Shown: piece after piece, positions 24,140 to 36,005 of the stretch
Numbering within the stretch: position 1 is the first letter of the stretch
Layout of the letters: each line of letters starts with the position of its first letter
Assembly (NCBI GenBank): GCA_028534125.1
Contig: CM052817.1
Location: forward strand, 11,782,001 to 11,846,000
Length of the DNA: 64,000 nucleotides
From: Lama glama
Lineage: Eukaryota
Direction: 5' to 3'
Notes under the pieces: model-generated
Databases searched by the model: none
What the model saw: the letters and a program-made list of their open reading frames with translations, nothing else
What the model was told of the DNA's origin: nothing
Program-made: the position numbers and the translations under genes

Positions 24140-27100
24140 GGGGAGATTGATCAAGATGGAGGAGTAAAAGGATGTGAGCTCACCTCCCCACATGAACACA
24201 TCAAAAGTACATCTACATGTGGAACAATTCTCACTGAAAACTAGAAACTGGCAGGACTCTTGTATAATCAAGGCTGTAAGAAAGATCCACACAATCAGGT
24301 AGGAAGTGAAGAAAGATATCAGGTTGGGACCTGTGTCCCTGGAAGGGGACTTGGAGGAAAAGAGAGAATATACAGGCAAAGACCTGCCCTGGGGAGCAAG
24401 TGGTGAGAGACACAGTTTGGGCACCACTGTCCTGGTCTTCTGGGCAGGGGAGATGAGTCCCCTTGGCTGATTGGAGGACCACTAGGACTAACAGGAGGGC
24501 TCTGGGAAGCCTGGGCTATGCTTGTGAGGAGCATGCATGCATTGGTTTGCCCCTTAGGTAGGATAGAGAGGGCAGAGAAGAGACTGCCCTAGTGGCTGTT
24601 GGCTTCTGGGTTTCCCATAACCACCGTGGGGTGCACCCCAGCCCAAGCCGAGCAAAATGTTCTGGTCCCATTCACTCTGTGTCATAGCTCAGCACTGAAT
24701 CTGGGGCAGCCATGATGAGGGAGATGGCTTGGCCATGGGATACAGAGGCAATCTGGTCCTGGGGCAGAGCCTGGATGGGGAAGCAGCAGCCACTGTTGGC
24801 ACTTACTCAACCAGTGCATCAGAAGCGACCCAGATCTCTGACAGTGGCTGCTGTACCATAGTTCACTTCCTAATGCATGTTGAGAGTCCACATGGGCTCC
24901 TACTGCCTTGCATTATGGCTCGAAACAGCGTGTGGGCAGAGGAGGCTGGGGGCAGTGATTGGCTGTGAGGTACAAAGACGACTTGCACCTGAGGCTGCAC
25001 CCGAGCAGAAAGAGGGAAACAATCATGGGCATCTGCACAGGCAGCACATCAGAGACGACTCAGAACTCTGTCGCTGACACAGGCTGAGAGCTCACGTGGG
25101 CCCCCCGCTTACTCCAGCACTCCCTGACTCTATGGCAAGGGCCCTCGCGCTGGGAGAGGGGAAAATGTACACTTAAAAGGAACAAAGCCAGCTCAGGACT
25201 GACCCTCATGGCTTCTGCGCCAGCACCTCAGGATAAGCTCCACCCTTGATAAGGTAGTGACAGCCACTGAGCAGAGGCAAAGCCCTACCTCACACCCACT
25301 CCAGCTCTAGCCTCTCCATCTCCAGCTCCACACCCTACAAGAAGATAGCTGCCAGAACACCCTGAGGAAAGGTGTGACTTGCATCCATGTCAAATCCAAC
25401 TCTCCCACCAAAAGCATTGAGCACATTCAGTCTGTGTAAGGACATCCCACATAATAACACCACACCCTTTCAACACTGTAATAGATAACTTTTACCTACT
25501 TTCATAGAAGCAGAGAAAGTTAAGCAAAATGAAAAAGCAGAGGAGCTGCTCTCATTGAAAGAGCAAGAGAAAACCCCTAAAAAATAAATAATATAACAGA
25601 AATAAACAACCTACCAGATAAAGAACTGATAATAAATTCATTAACTTAATTAGGGTGAAGAATAGATGGACACAGTGAAATGTTTAACAAGGAATTAGAA
25701 TATATAAGAAAGACCCAATCATAAATGAATAATTCAATAACTGAAATAAAAAAACATACTAGAAGGAATGAATAGCAGAATAAGTGATACAGAAGAACGC
25801 ATAAGTGATCTGGAAGATAGAATAATGGAAATCACCCAGTAAGAACAAGAAGAAGAAAAACAAATTAAAGAAATGGGAACAGTTTAAGAGATCTCTAGAA
25901 TAACACAAAGCATACCAACATTATAGGGGGCCCAGGAGAAGACAGAGAAAAGAGTATTGAAAATGTATTTGAGGAAGTTATGCCTGAAAAAATCCTCAAA
26001 CCTGAAGAAGGAAACAGATACTCAGATGCAGGAAGCATAGAGGGTCCCAAACAAGATGAACTTAAACAGGCCTACACCAAGACATATCATAATTAAAATG
26101 GCAAAAGTTAGAGATAAAAAGAGAATTCTAAAGGCAGCAAAAGAAAAAGAGTCATATACAAGGGAATATCCAGAAGGCTATCAGCTGATTTCTCTACGGA
26201 AACTTTTCAGATCAGAAGAGAGTGGCATGATATATTCAAAGAGCCAAAAGGAAAAACTTGCAACCTAAGATACTCTATCCAGCAGATTATCACTCAGAAT
26301 CAAAAGAGAGAAAAAGAACTTCTCAGACAAGCAAATACTAAAAGAGTTTATCAATACTAAACCTACCCTAAAAGAAATGTTAAAGACTCATCTCTAAGTG
26401 GAAAAGAAGTAAAAATCTTTAGAAAGGGAAAAATCTCACTAGGAAAGGCAAATATATAGTAGGGACTGAAAATCAATCACTTAAATAAGCCAATACAAAA
26501 ATTAAAAGACAAAAATTGTTAAAGCAGTAATAGCTACAGCAAATAGTTAAGGGATAAACATAAAGATGTACAATATGACATGAAAAACACAAAATGTGAA
26601 GGAGAGGAGTAAAAAAATGTAGATCTTCTGGAATATGTTTGAACTTAAATGACTACCAGTTTAAAACAAGTAGATATAGGTCAACATATATAAATCCCAT
26701 GATAACCACAAATCAGAAACCTACAACAGATGCACAAATGCTAAAAAGAAAGAAACATAAGCATGGTACTAAAGAAAATCATTGAACCACAATGGAAGAA
26801 ACAAAAAGAAGAAATGAACAGAGAAGAACTACAAAACAACCGGAAAACAAGTAATAAAATGGCAATAATTACATACTATTAATAATTACTTTAAATGTCA
26901 ATAGAGTAACGCTGATTGGAAAAAACAAAAACAAAGCCCCAAGACCCTTCAATATGCTATCTACAGGAGATTCACTTCAGAGCAAAAGACACACACAGAT
27001 TGAAAGTGAGGGCGTGGAGAAAGATATTTCATGCAAATAGAAACAACAAGAAAGTAGGGGTAGCAGTACTCATATCAGAAAAAATAGACTTTAAGACAAG

Positions 27101-28640
27101 CTATAACAAAAGTCAAAGAAAGGCATTGTATCATGATAAGAAATGTACATTACACATTTTAACATATATGCACCCAATATAGGAGCACATAAATATATAA
27201 AGCAAGTACTAACAGATACAAAGGGAGAAACTGACAATAATACAATAATAGTAGAGGACCTTAACACCCCACTGACATCAATGGACAGATCATACAGACA
27301 GAAAATAAATAAGGCAATAGTCGTCTTAAATGACAAAATAGACCAGTTTAAATTAATAGATACCTGCAGGCCATTACATCCAAAAATAGCAGAATAGCAG
27401 AATACATTTTTTTTCCAAGTGCACATGGAATGTTCTTCAGGATAGAGTACATGCTAGGCCACAAAACGAATCTCAATAAATTGAAGAAGATAAAAATCAT
27501 ATCAAGCATTTTTCCAACCACAATGGTATGAAACTAGAAATCAATTACAGAAAAAAAGGGAAAATGTGGAGACTAAACAACATGCTGCTAAAAAAAAAAA
27601 AACAAAAACAAAACAACAATGGGTTGATGAAGAAATCAAAGAGGAAATCATAAAGTACCTTGAAATAAATTAAAATAGAAGCACAACTATTCAAAATCTA
27701 TGGGATGAAGCAAAAGCAGTTCTAAGAGAGTTCATAGTGATACAGGCCTTCCTCAGACAATCTCAAATAAACGACCTAACTTATCACCAAAATGAATTGG
27801 AAATAGCAGAACAAACAAAGCCCAAAGCAAGCAGAAGGAAGGAAATAATGAGGATCAGAGTGGAAATAAATAAAATAGATTTTTAACAATAATTTAAAAA
27901 TTCAATGAAACCAAGAGCTGGTTTTCTGAGAAGATAAAGAAAATTGATAAACATTCAGCCAGGTTCACTAAGAAGAAAAAGAGAGGACCCAAATAAACAA
28001 AATGAGAAATGAAAGAGGGGAAATAACAACCAATACCACAGAGGTACAGAAACTCGTAAGACCACAAACAGTTAAGCGCTAACAAGTTGGACAACCCAAA
28101 AGAAATAGACAAGTTTCTAGAAACAGAAAATCTGCTAAGACTGAATTAGGAAGAAACAGAATATTTGAAAAGACTGAACACTAGTAGTGAAACTGAATTT
28201 GTAATTAGAAAACTCCCAGCAAACAGAAGTCCCAGACTGGACAATTTCACAGCAGAATTCTACCAAATATATAAAGAGGAGCTAATACCTATCTTCACAA
28301 ACTATTCCAAATATTGAAGAGGATGGAACACTCCCAAATTCATTTTACAAGGCAACCATTACCCCAATACCAAAATGAAAGACACTACAAAAAAGAAAAT
28401 CACAGGCCAATATCTTTGTTGAATATAGTTGCAAAAATCCTCAACCAAATATTAGCAAACCAAATCCAACAATATATAAAAAGGATCATACACCATGATT
28501 AAGTTGGATTTATTCCAGGGATGCATGGATGGTTCAGTATTTGCAAAACAATCAGTGTGTACACCATCTTAACAAAAAGAAGGATAAAAATCACATGATC
28601 ACCTCAATAGACTCAGAAAACGCACTTGACAAAATTCAAA
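24140..28640 (+). mobile_element. Decayed L1 LINE: 5'UTR, ORF1 remnant (about 25529-26410) and ORF2 endonuclease to early RT (26859-28640); 3' end missing
   Basis: 5' end 'gggagattgatcaagatggaggag'; ORF1 peptide RPTPRHIIIKMAKVRDKKRILKAAKEK; EN peptides DPSICYLQEIHF and NIYAPNIGAHKYIKQVLTD..IIVEDLNTPLTSMDRS; RT peptide [37 protein letters not shown]; many stops and frameshifts. Confidence 0.95.
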
Positions 28641-28713
28641 ATTGGGATGTTATTATCTCCTGATCGTTTAAGGAACAAATGAGTGAATTAATAGTGCCTG
28701 GTTCATAGTTCTT

Positions 28714-28908
28714 TTTTCTTTTTCTTTTTGCTGTTGAGTTGTAGGAGTTCTTTATATGTTTTATTTCATTTTATTTTGGGGGGGGTGGGGTGTGAGGTAA
28801 TTAGGTTTACTTATTTATTTATTTTTGGAGGAGGTACTGGGGATTGAACCCAGGACCATGTACATGCTAAGTATGTGCTCTATCATTTGAGCTATACTCT
28901 CCCCAACC
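28714..28908 (-). mobile_element. tRNA-Ala-derived camelid SINE with an L1-derived segment in its 3' tail
   Basis: Minus strand GGGGAGAGTATAGCTCAAATGATAGAGCACATACTTAGCATGTACATGGTCCTGGGTTCAATCCCCAGTACCTCC, the same family as 4185-4314; perfect 10-bp TSD CATAGTTCTT (28704-28713 / 28909-28918). Confidence 0.9.
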
Positions 28909-29529
28909 CATAGTTCTTATAATTTCACTCTAGTGAGCTCTTAGTTTCCTCTTCAATGCTATTTTCTTTCAGTGAGACAGTTGAACTGAGTCATAGTATT
29001 GCCGTGTATTGTAAACAGCTCAGCTTCGTTACTGGGCTTAGGTGAATAAAAAGAATTTATTAGCATGCTTTGTGAACCTTGTATGGGATCCATTAAGCAA
29101 AAGGAACATAATATACAAGATAATTCATCTTCATTATACTGCAGTAGGTGCCAAACACGTATCTAGAACACCTAAGTATACTAATGTGTAATGTATTTCA
29201 ATGAACTCCAGCATTTTATATGTGTATCTTTAGAGTCAGAGAGACTTCTTTTGGGCACCTTGAGATTATGAAAAAGTATTAGAAATTGTGGACAACAATC
29301 TGGATTTAATGAACTATGTTTCTGTCTTCTGATTTTGGTAATTCCTATGAAAGGGTCAGTATTTCTTATTTATTGAGCATGTAGTATTTTTTTTAATTGT
29401 TAGGATACCATTTATTTAGTCTGCTCTGCACTGGAGAATGCTCTGATCAATTTCTGAATCATCATGCCAGGTATTTTCATTGTATGTAGGACCATCAAAC
29501 TTGTAGGGCCAAGGTCATCTGTGGGCAAA

Positions 29530-30040
29530 CCCTATGACCACCAATGGCTTCCCAATCTACATCTCCAGTCTACCTCTCTTTTGTGAGTTCTAGGTTGAAT
29601 CTATAATTATCCACTTAATATTTTTGCTTGGATATCCCCCAACACATCAAACTTCATTTTCCCCAAGCCAAATTTATTATCTTTTTTGCAAACTCAACTT
29701 CTTCTCTTAGCTGATTTGTAGAATATACCATCTATATAATGCCTGAATTCATACTCATCTTTTTATTCCTTTTGCCATTGTCCTAATTCAGATCCTCATC
29801 ATGTATGTCTTTGGCCACTGTGGTAGCCTGTCAGCCACTTCTTACTTTCCAGTCTTCCTTTCCTTGAATCTACTCTACTCACAGATTAATCAGAACAATT
29901 TTTATAAATGACAAATCTGATCATACTTTCAGTTATTTCCTGTTGTTCACTAGGTAAATTCCAAATATTTTAGCATGAAGTGTAAACACGTGCACAATCT
30001 GTACCTAACACTTCTTTCCATGCATGTCTTCTGCCACATC
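29530..30040 (+). mobile_element. L2 LINE fragment
   Basis: 'tcccaatctacatctccagtc...ttggatatcc...catcaaacttca...acaaatctgatcat...aaattccaaatattttagcatg'. Confidence 0.7.
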
Positions 30041-30229
30041 CCTGACCTTAGAGGGGTGCATCAGGTATCACTAGAGCATATCAAAAGGGCACCTTACACC
30101 AGTGGAGAGTCTCCTTGGAGGACATGATGTCTGTGTTGAGTTAGCAGGGTAAACAGGAGAGAGTCCCTGTAATGAGATGTATGCTACAAACTGTAATTAT
30201 CTGTTTACACTGTTAAATAGCATTCATAC

Positions 30230-30727
30230 TGTTACTGAGTCCAAACTTGTTCGCATGTCTCACAACAGGCCAGTAAATCAGAAGAGGTTTGGGGGCAGGG
30301 AATAACAACTTTATTTGGAAAGCCAACAGACCAAGAAGATAAGGGACTAATATCATAGACTTCCATCTTACCCAAGCCAGAATTTAGGCTCCTTTTATAC
30401 TAAACAGGGGTGGGGATGTGATTGGTTGTTGCAGACTTCTTGGTGTCAGAATCCTTTGTTCTTTAAGCTGTCCAGTAGGTCAGGTCACAAAGCTCCTGTG
30501 AACCTCCAACAAGACAAATATTATTCTCTGTCCTGCAACTTTTTATCCTACATGAAAGGAAAAGTGTTATATCCTTAAAGGTCAAAGCCTTGAGAATGGG
30601 CTCTCCTGCATATTTCAGGCTCCAGGCAACAGTCTTTTACAAAAGGTGCAGAACCAGCACGACTCAGCACAGGAAACAGGGCACAGGGTTAGAGCCAAAG
30701 GAACAGCTCTAATTCTTCCCTATTACA
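30230..30727 (-). mobile_element. ERV1-class solo LTR
   Basis: TGTTA...TTACA termini; perfect 4-bp TSD ATAC (30226-30229 / 30728-30731); minus-strand CCAAT, TATAAAA and AATAAA in LTR order. Confidence 0.85.
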
Positions 30728-30748
30728 ATACTAGGAAGCCTCATTTTT

Positions 30749-31512
30749 TCCACATCTTTATTGAGGTGTGATTGGGTTACAAAAAACTACACATAATTAA
30801 TGAATGCAATTTGGTGAGTTTGGACTTAAGTATATACTTGTGTTACTACCATCACCATAATTAAGGCAATAAACATTTCCATTACCTTTAAAAGTTTCCT
30901 TGTGTCCCTTTTTCGTATTAAGAACACAACGTGAAATCTACCCTCTTAAATTTTGAAGTGCACAATACCTTATTGTTAACTGTAGGCACAATGTTAAGCA
31001 ATAGATCTCTAGAACTTATTTATCTTGTGTCACTGTAACTTTATACCCGTTGACAACAACTCTTCATATCCCACTCTCCTGTCTCTTGGTAATTTTCCTT
31101 CTGTTGTCCGCTTTCATGCTTTTGACTATTTTAGAAACCTAATATAAGAGGAATCATGTAGTATTTGTTCTTCTTTGACTGACTTATGGAGAAATTGAAA
31201 CTTTCGTACACTGTTGGTGGGAATGTAAAATGGTGCAGCCATTATGGAAAATCTGTGAAGAGTCCTCAAAAAATTAAAAGCAAAACTACTATATAATCCA
31301 GCAATCCCTTCCGAGTATATATCCAAAAGGACTGAAATCAGGATCTTGAAGAGATACTTGTACTCCGATGTTCATTGCTGCCTTATTCACAATAGTCAGT
31401 TTATGGAAACAATCCAAATATCCATGGACAGATGAATGGATAAAGAGATTATGGTATATACATGTAAAAAAGAAGGAAATCCTACCATATGTGACAATAG
31501 GGATGGACCAGA
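30749..31512 (-). mobile_element. 5'-truncated L1 (L1MA9/10-like) with a 5' inversion
   Basis: 30749-31187 is the L1 3'UTR antisense; 31188-31512 is the ORF2 end in sense ('acactgttggtgggaatgtaaaatggtgcagcc'); TSD aggaagcctcattttt/aggaagcttcactttt. Confidence 0.9.
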
Positions 31513-31681
31513 AGGAAGCTTCACTTTTCTAATTTTTCCTAATTTTCATAAGTACTCATTTTAGTTGCTCTTTCTCTCTGTCAGACTATTCCAATTTTAA
31601 ATGCCTTGGAGAATCTCTCTAGTCTAGTAGGATCCTCCTTATGGGATACAGGTATTTAGTGTTAGAGCCCAAGTTGCGTTA

Positions 31682-32200
31682 TCTTTTCATTCAACACATA
31701 GTTGCTGAGTGTGTAGAAGTGCCAGGCATTGTACTACTTGCTGAAGATTTAATGGATAATAATGCTTCCATCGTCCCTGCCTTAATGGAACTTACAGTCT
31801 ATGTGGGGAGGCTATTAGGAGCTCAGGATAAAGAATGCTAGGAAATAACAAATTTTACCTAATGTGATGGTGGGCACAAGAGGTTTCTTTGAAGAGGTGA
31901 CATTGAACCTGAGATCTGAAGAATGAGAATGGTTTGTGGAGAAGAGCATTACTGGAGGGATTAACATGTATTAAGATTTGGGGAAGTGAAAGAGTGTGGT
32001 ATGTTTGATGAGGAATGAAAGGAGCCAGTATGACTGGAGTATGCACTGGGGAAGTGCTGGGGGAATGATCTTCACTTTTAGGCACTCTTCCTGGCTACTA
32101 CATTCAGAATAGACAAATGGAAGACAGGCAGGGGAACAGGGAGATCAGTTAGAAGGTTGTTGTAGTGGTCTAGGTTAGAGTTGATAGTGGACTGGATAAC
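31682..32200 (-). mobile_element. L2 LINE fragment
   Basis: 'ttcattcaacacatagttgctgagtg...gtgccaggcattgtact...gtccctgccttaatggaacttacagtcta...gaagaggtgacattgaacctgagatctgaag'. Confidence 0.8.
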
Positions 32201-33361
32201 TGAGACATTAATAAAACAATCAGCGTCCATTTTGTCCCAGGCTTTTTGCTAGGGGTTTACATATGACAGGGTGCCATCACTACCCATAAGGAACAAATCC
32301 TTTAGAAGAGGAGAAAGACTCAAAAACATCTCTTGTAAGTTACACATGCTATATTAGCAGCATGAAAAATGAGCTGAAGCGACTCAGAGAAAGGAAGGGT
32401 CATCCGTGCTGTAGCTACAATCAGTAGGCTTCATGGCGGCAACGGCAGTAGCTGGGTCGTGGTCTCCAAGGTTGATAAGAGTTCACAGGTCGCACAAAGG
32501 TGTGAGAAACGTTCCCTGCTGTTGTCTTCTGTGGTAGGTGGCTGGAATGGAGGGCAAGTTCTCAGATCTTGGTTCTGAAGATCTGGAAACAGGCAGCAAA
32601 AGTTTGCAAAATGCAGCCAGTTGTCTGTCTTTCACAGTTTAGTTCTTACCAGCTTCAAGAGTAACAGATTTTGCCTGCCTTCTGATCTTTTCCATTTTCC
32701 TTACTTGACATAGTCATTGGCAAAGAGACCACTGCTAATGAAGTGGAGCTGACTTCATAACCCCTGATGATTTGGTGTGCTATTTTATGGCTGAAGTTTC
32801 CACTTTGATTGGATGAGACCCAAAACAAAGAGTTGACTACTTCTGGTGATTAAAAGCTCCCTTGATGATTTTTAAAAGGGATTGTTCAAAGCTTTTAGTG
32901 CCGCTGAGTAGAGAATTATACTTTGCTTCCCTAAAACTCCTCCAGCAATTGCGCATGAACGTGGCAGCCTTTCTTTCCTGCCGCCCTGCACTACAGAGAA
33001 TTTCTTTTTAAGATTAGCAGCCTTTTAGTAGGAGGTTAAATATCCTATATATGTAATTTATAAAGCACTTGAGCTTTTTGTATGAAAGCATATTGGAAAG
33101 GTAAAATTATTATTACTTATATTGTTATTAGCTTATTTTTTTTCCTGTTCTTGTATGAGACATTAGTTTCTGAGTTAAGAATTCAGACAACTGTTGATCA
33201 TAAAGATAAGAAATAGATTGGACCACCATGAAAATTAGGGATGATCAGCCTGAGTAGTGCATGACGTTTGTTTTTCCTTGAATGATATTTTTTGGTAAGT
33301 GTTGTGTCAACATTTTTTCTCAGGTTTTTATATAGACAGTATCCTGTAAATGGTGAGTTAC

Positions 33362-33400
33362 TCACCCACACAAACAGACACAGACACACACATACACACA
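33362..33400 (+). repeat. Imperfect (CA)n microsatellite
   Basis: cacacaaacagacacagacacacacatacaca. Confidence 0.8.
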
Positions 33401-33787
33401 AAATACCAAAACCAAATAAATACAATACCAAAATACAAATTATTTGAAACATCTATCTCACTTCTGCCCCCATACATCTGACAAATAAATAGCTGAATTA
33501 TGTAATTGGAATTGTGATGTTTTTAATTAAGATACAGAAAAGAAAATAATGAACTTTTGCCTCTCTGATTTCCATCAAAGAGCTTGTCCTAGATATTGGT
33601 ACCTTGTCCAGCTTTAGAAATTCAGCATGCCTGGGGGGTAGGAATGAGAATGGGAGCATAATACAAAGTTTGATTAATGTTTTAATCCCTTTAGGATAAA
33701 AAAATAATGGGTTAAATCAATCTTTTTCAGTTATGGTCACATTAATTAAAACATTCTAAGGTCTTTTAGATATATATTTTGTATATT

Positions 33788-34600
33788 TATATTAGGATTA
33801 GAATTGACTGTATACAACAGAAAAACACCAAATATCAGGGACTTAAGTAAGAAAGAAGTTTATTTTTCAAGTGAAGTAGGATTTGATGCAGGTAGGTGTG
33901 GTCAGGACACTGAAGACGGCTGTTCTCTTGCTCTCTGTGCATCCCCTGCTCAACTAGTGCCTGCTTCACCTACACCCAATTCATGGGACTGACCTTCCTA
34001 CATAATTGCCCGATCCCCCTGCTAGTGACTGTTCTTATCAAAGGGGCAGTGAGGGGTGTGCCCCTCTGCTGGTTTCCCTGGTAACCAACGAGCCAGCCTG
34101 ACTTCAGTTCCCCCTATAACTGGTAATCTCCTCTACCCGCCAGGAGTAAAGAAAGACTGCCACCATGCCCTGTCTGCCATCCCCACATGTGGTGGAGTCG
34201 CTCCGGGACCTTGCTTCAGACACGTAATCTCCCCCTGTCCATTAAACTATTGATGTCTCTGGGCTCTTTCTTTGGTCTTGAAGCTGGGCAAGTATCAGTC
34301 GTGTAGACCTGTGAGGTGCAGCCCAACAATAGGGCTGCAACCCTACCTGGTTTTTGTTTGCTCCCTGTTTATTGGGGCTCTAGGCTCCTTCTGTCTTGTT
34401 GCTCTGTCATCCATAGCAGGTTGTTGCCTCTAGGTTCAAAATGGACATCATGTTTTCAGCCAATATATTAGATTTTCTGTTTATATTTTATCTATACTTC
34501 ATTTTATATTCAGGAATTAGTCACACAATGGGGAGCCAGCTGAAAGGGAGACTAAGCAATATAGTTTTTGTGACAATGTACCCAGCCAAAATTTATTTTC
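33788..34600 (-). mobile_element. Old MaLR LTR (MLT1J/K-like) split by an ERVL LTR
   Basis: 'attaggattagaattgactgtatacaacagaaaa...ggacttaagtaagaaagaagtttatttttc'; resumes with 'ctaggctccttctgtcttgttgctctgtcatcc...caggaattagtcaca'. Confidence 0.65.
33897..34328 (+). mobile_element. ERVL-class solo LTR (MER74-like)
   Basis: TG...CA termini ending 'gtgcagcccaaca'; 5-bp TSD GTAGG/ATAGG (33892-33896 / 34329-34333); TATAA and ATTAAA internal. Confidence 0.7.
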
Positions 34601-35821
34601 TTACATTTAAAGACGATAGGGAGAATGGTATCAGAAGCCAGTTGGCAATTTCTGTCACAGTATTCACTTTGGCTTGATTTGAATCTTTTTTTTCCCCCTG
34701 AAGATGGAGAACTTGACTTGGTTTATATTTGGCTGATTTTATTGGGTGTAATGGATGTGGTGTGGTGCAGTGGAATGAGTACTGAAGTACTAGTTTCCAC
34801 TTCCAGCGCAACATGACATTCGGCTTCAGTATTTCACTCTAAGTAGGGAGGTTTGTACTGTAGGCCCTCTAAGAATTCTTTCAATTTTTATTCCCTTATC
34901 TTTCCCAAAGTTTTACAACAAAAGTAAGTATGTATATTTATATACACACATTTGTATCTATATGATGCATAATTTAAAACCTGTTTCTACAGAAATAAAA
35001 GATACACACATGACCACATTAGCAGAATGACTTAATTTTTTTTCAATTTTTACATCTCTTGCTCTTAATAAAAACAACTGGAACTTGCATGGAAGTTGAA
35101 AAGCTGAAAGACAAGTTGTCCTCATTCAAACTGGAAGTCAACTTTTCACCCCAAAGAATAGGCCCCTCTGACATTTTTCATGTTTCCATTACTGTTGTGT
35201 TTTACTCATCACTGTCTGTAGAAACACATGACCTGTCAGAATTGGAAGCTGTGTCCTTAAATATGTGATTGACAGAGTCCCTGATACTGTGGAACGCCTG
35301 AGTATATTAATGCTGGTCTTCTTAGGAAATAATAATATGGATAATTGCATGCTCTGTCTCTTGTTTCCTACTGATTTTCAACTGCTCTGTGATTCTTTGT
35401 CCTGGGGCAGCTGCTATGCAGCACTAGGTAACTCTTCCAGGGGGAATTGCTATGTGCTGCTTGGTGGCTGCACAGGTCACACAGGTGTCCCCTTGAGGAC
35501 ACTGGGCAGCTATGCCTTTTCTAAAGTGTCCCAGTATGTTTTTATCAGACAGAGTGATTCTGATGACATTAATGTTTCTAAAGAGAGTTAATAAAAAAAA
35601 GCAAAACAAACCAACAATAGCAACAACAAAAAAATATTACCTGCATTTTCTTCCTAACTGTTGTAATGTTTAATCCTAAGAGGGGAGAAAAACCATAGAA
35701 TGCTGTCATCCCTTTCAAATCCTAGATGGAATAAGGCGAAGGTACAAATAAACCAACAAAATGAATAAAACTACTTTTTTATGTAGTGGAAGCAAAAAAG
35801 ATTATTGATCAGTTAGATAGT

Positions 35822-35901
35822 TTAGGTTGAACCATATGAAATGGCGATTTTTGTAGGTCCAAAAGGGTTGGATACAGGCATTTCCTAATGGTTCAACCTA
35901 A
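35822..35901. mobile_element. MADE2-like mariner MITE (80 bp)
   Basis: Inverted termini TTAGGTTGAACCA (35822-35834) / TGGTTCAACCTAA (35889-35901). Confidence 0.85.
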
Positions 35902-35960
35902 TAGTGGTTTCTGTTCTGTTTATACAATAGAAATCATTGACCTTAAAACTAACCTTTTGA

Positions 35961-36005
35961 CACAACATTGTAAAATGATTATAAATCAATAAAAAAAGTT
36001 AAAAC
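35961..36005 (+). mobile_element. Extremely 5'-truncated L1 3' tail
   Basis: 'cacaacattgtaaaatgattataaatcaataaaaaaagttaaaac' between aaaactaaccttttga / aaaactaataccttttga direct repeats at a TT/AAAA site. Confidence 0.8.

Noticed and set aside
24101..25077. Cluster of sense and antisense ORFs in the L1 5'UTR (ORF0-like?)
   Set aside because: The GC-richer UTR yields chance ORFs, the element is heavily decayed, and ORF0 is described for primate L1s
26056..28502. ORFs with clear L1 ORF1/EN/RT peptides as functional CDS
   Set aside because: Fragments broken by many stops and frameshifts; the element is dead
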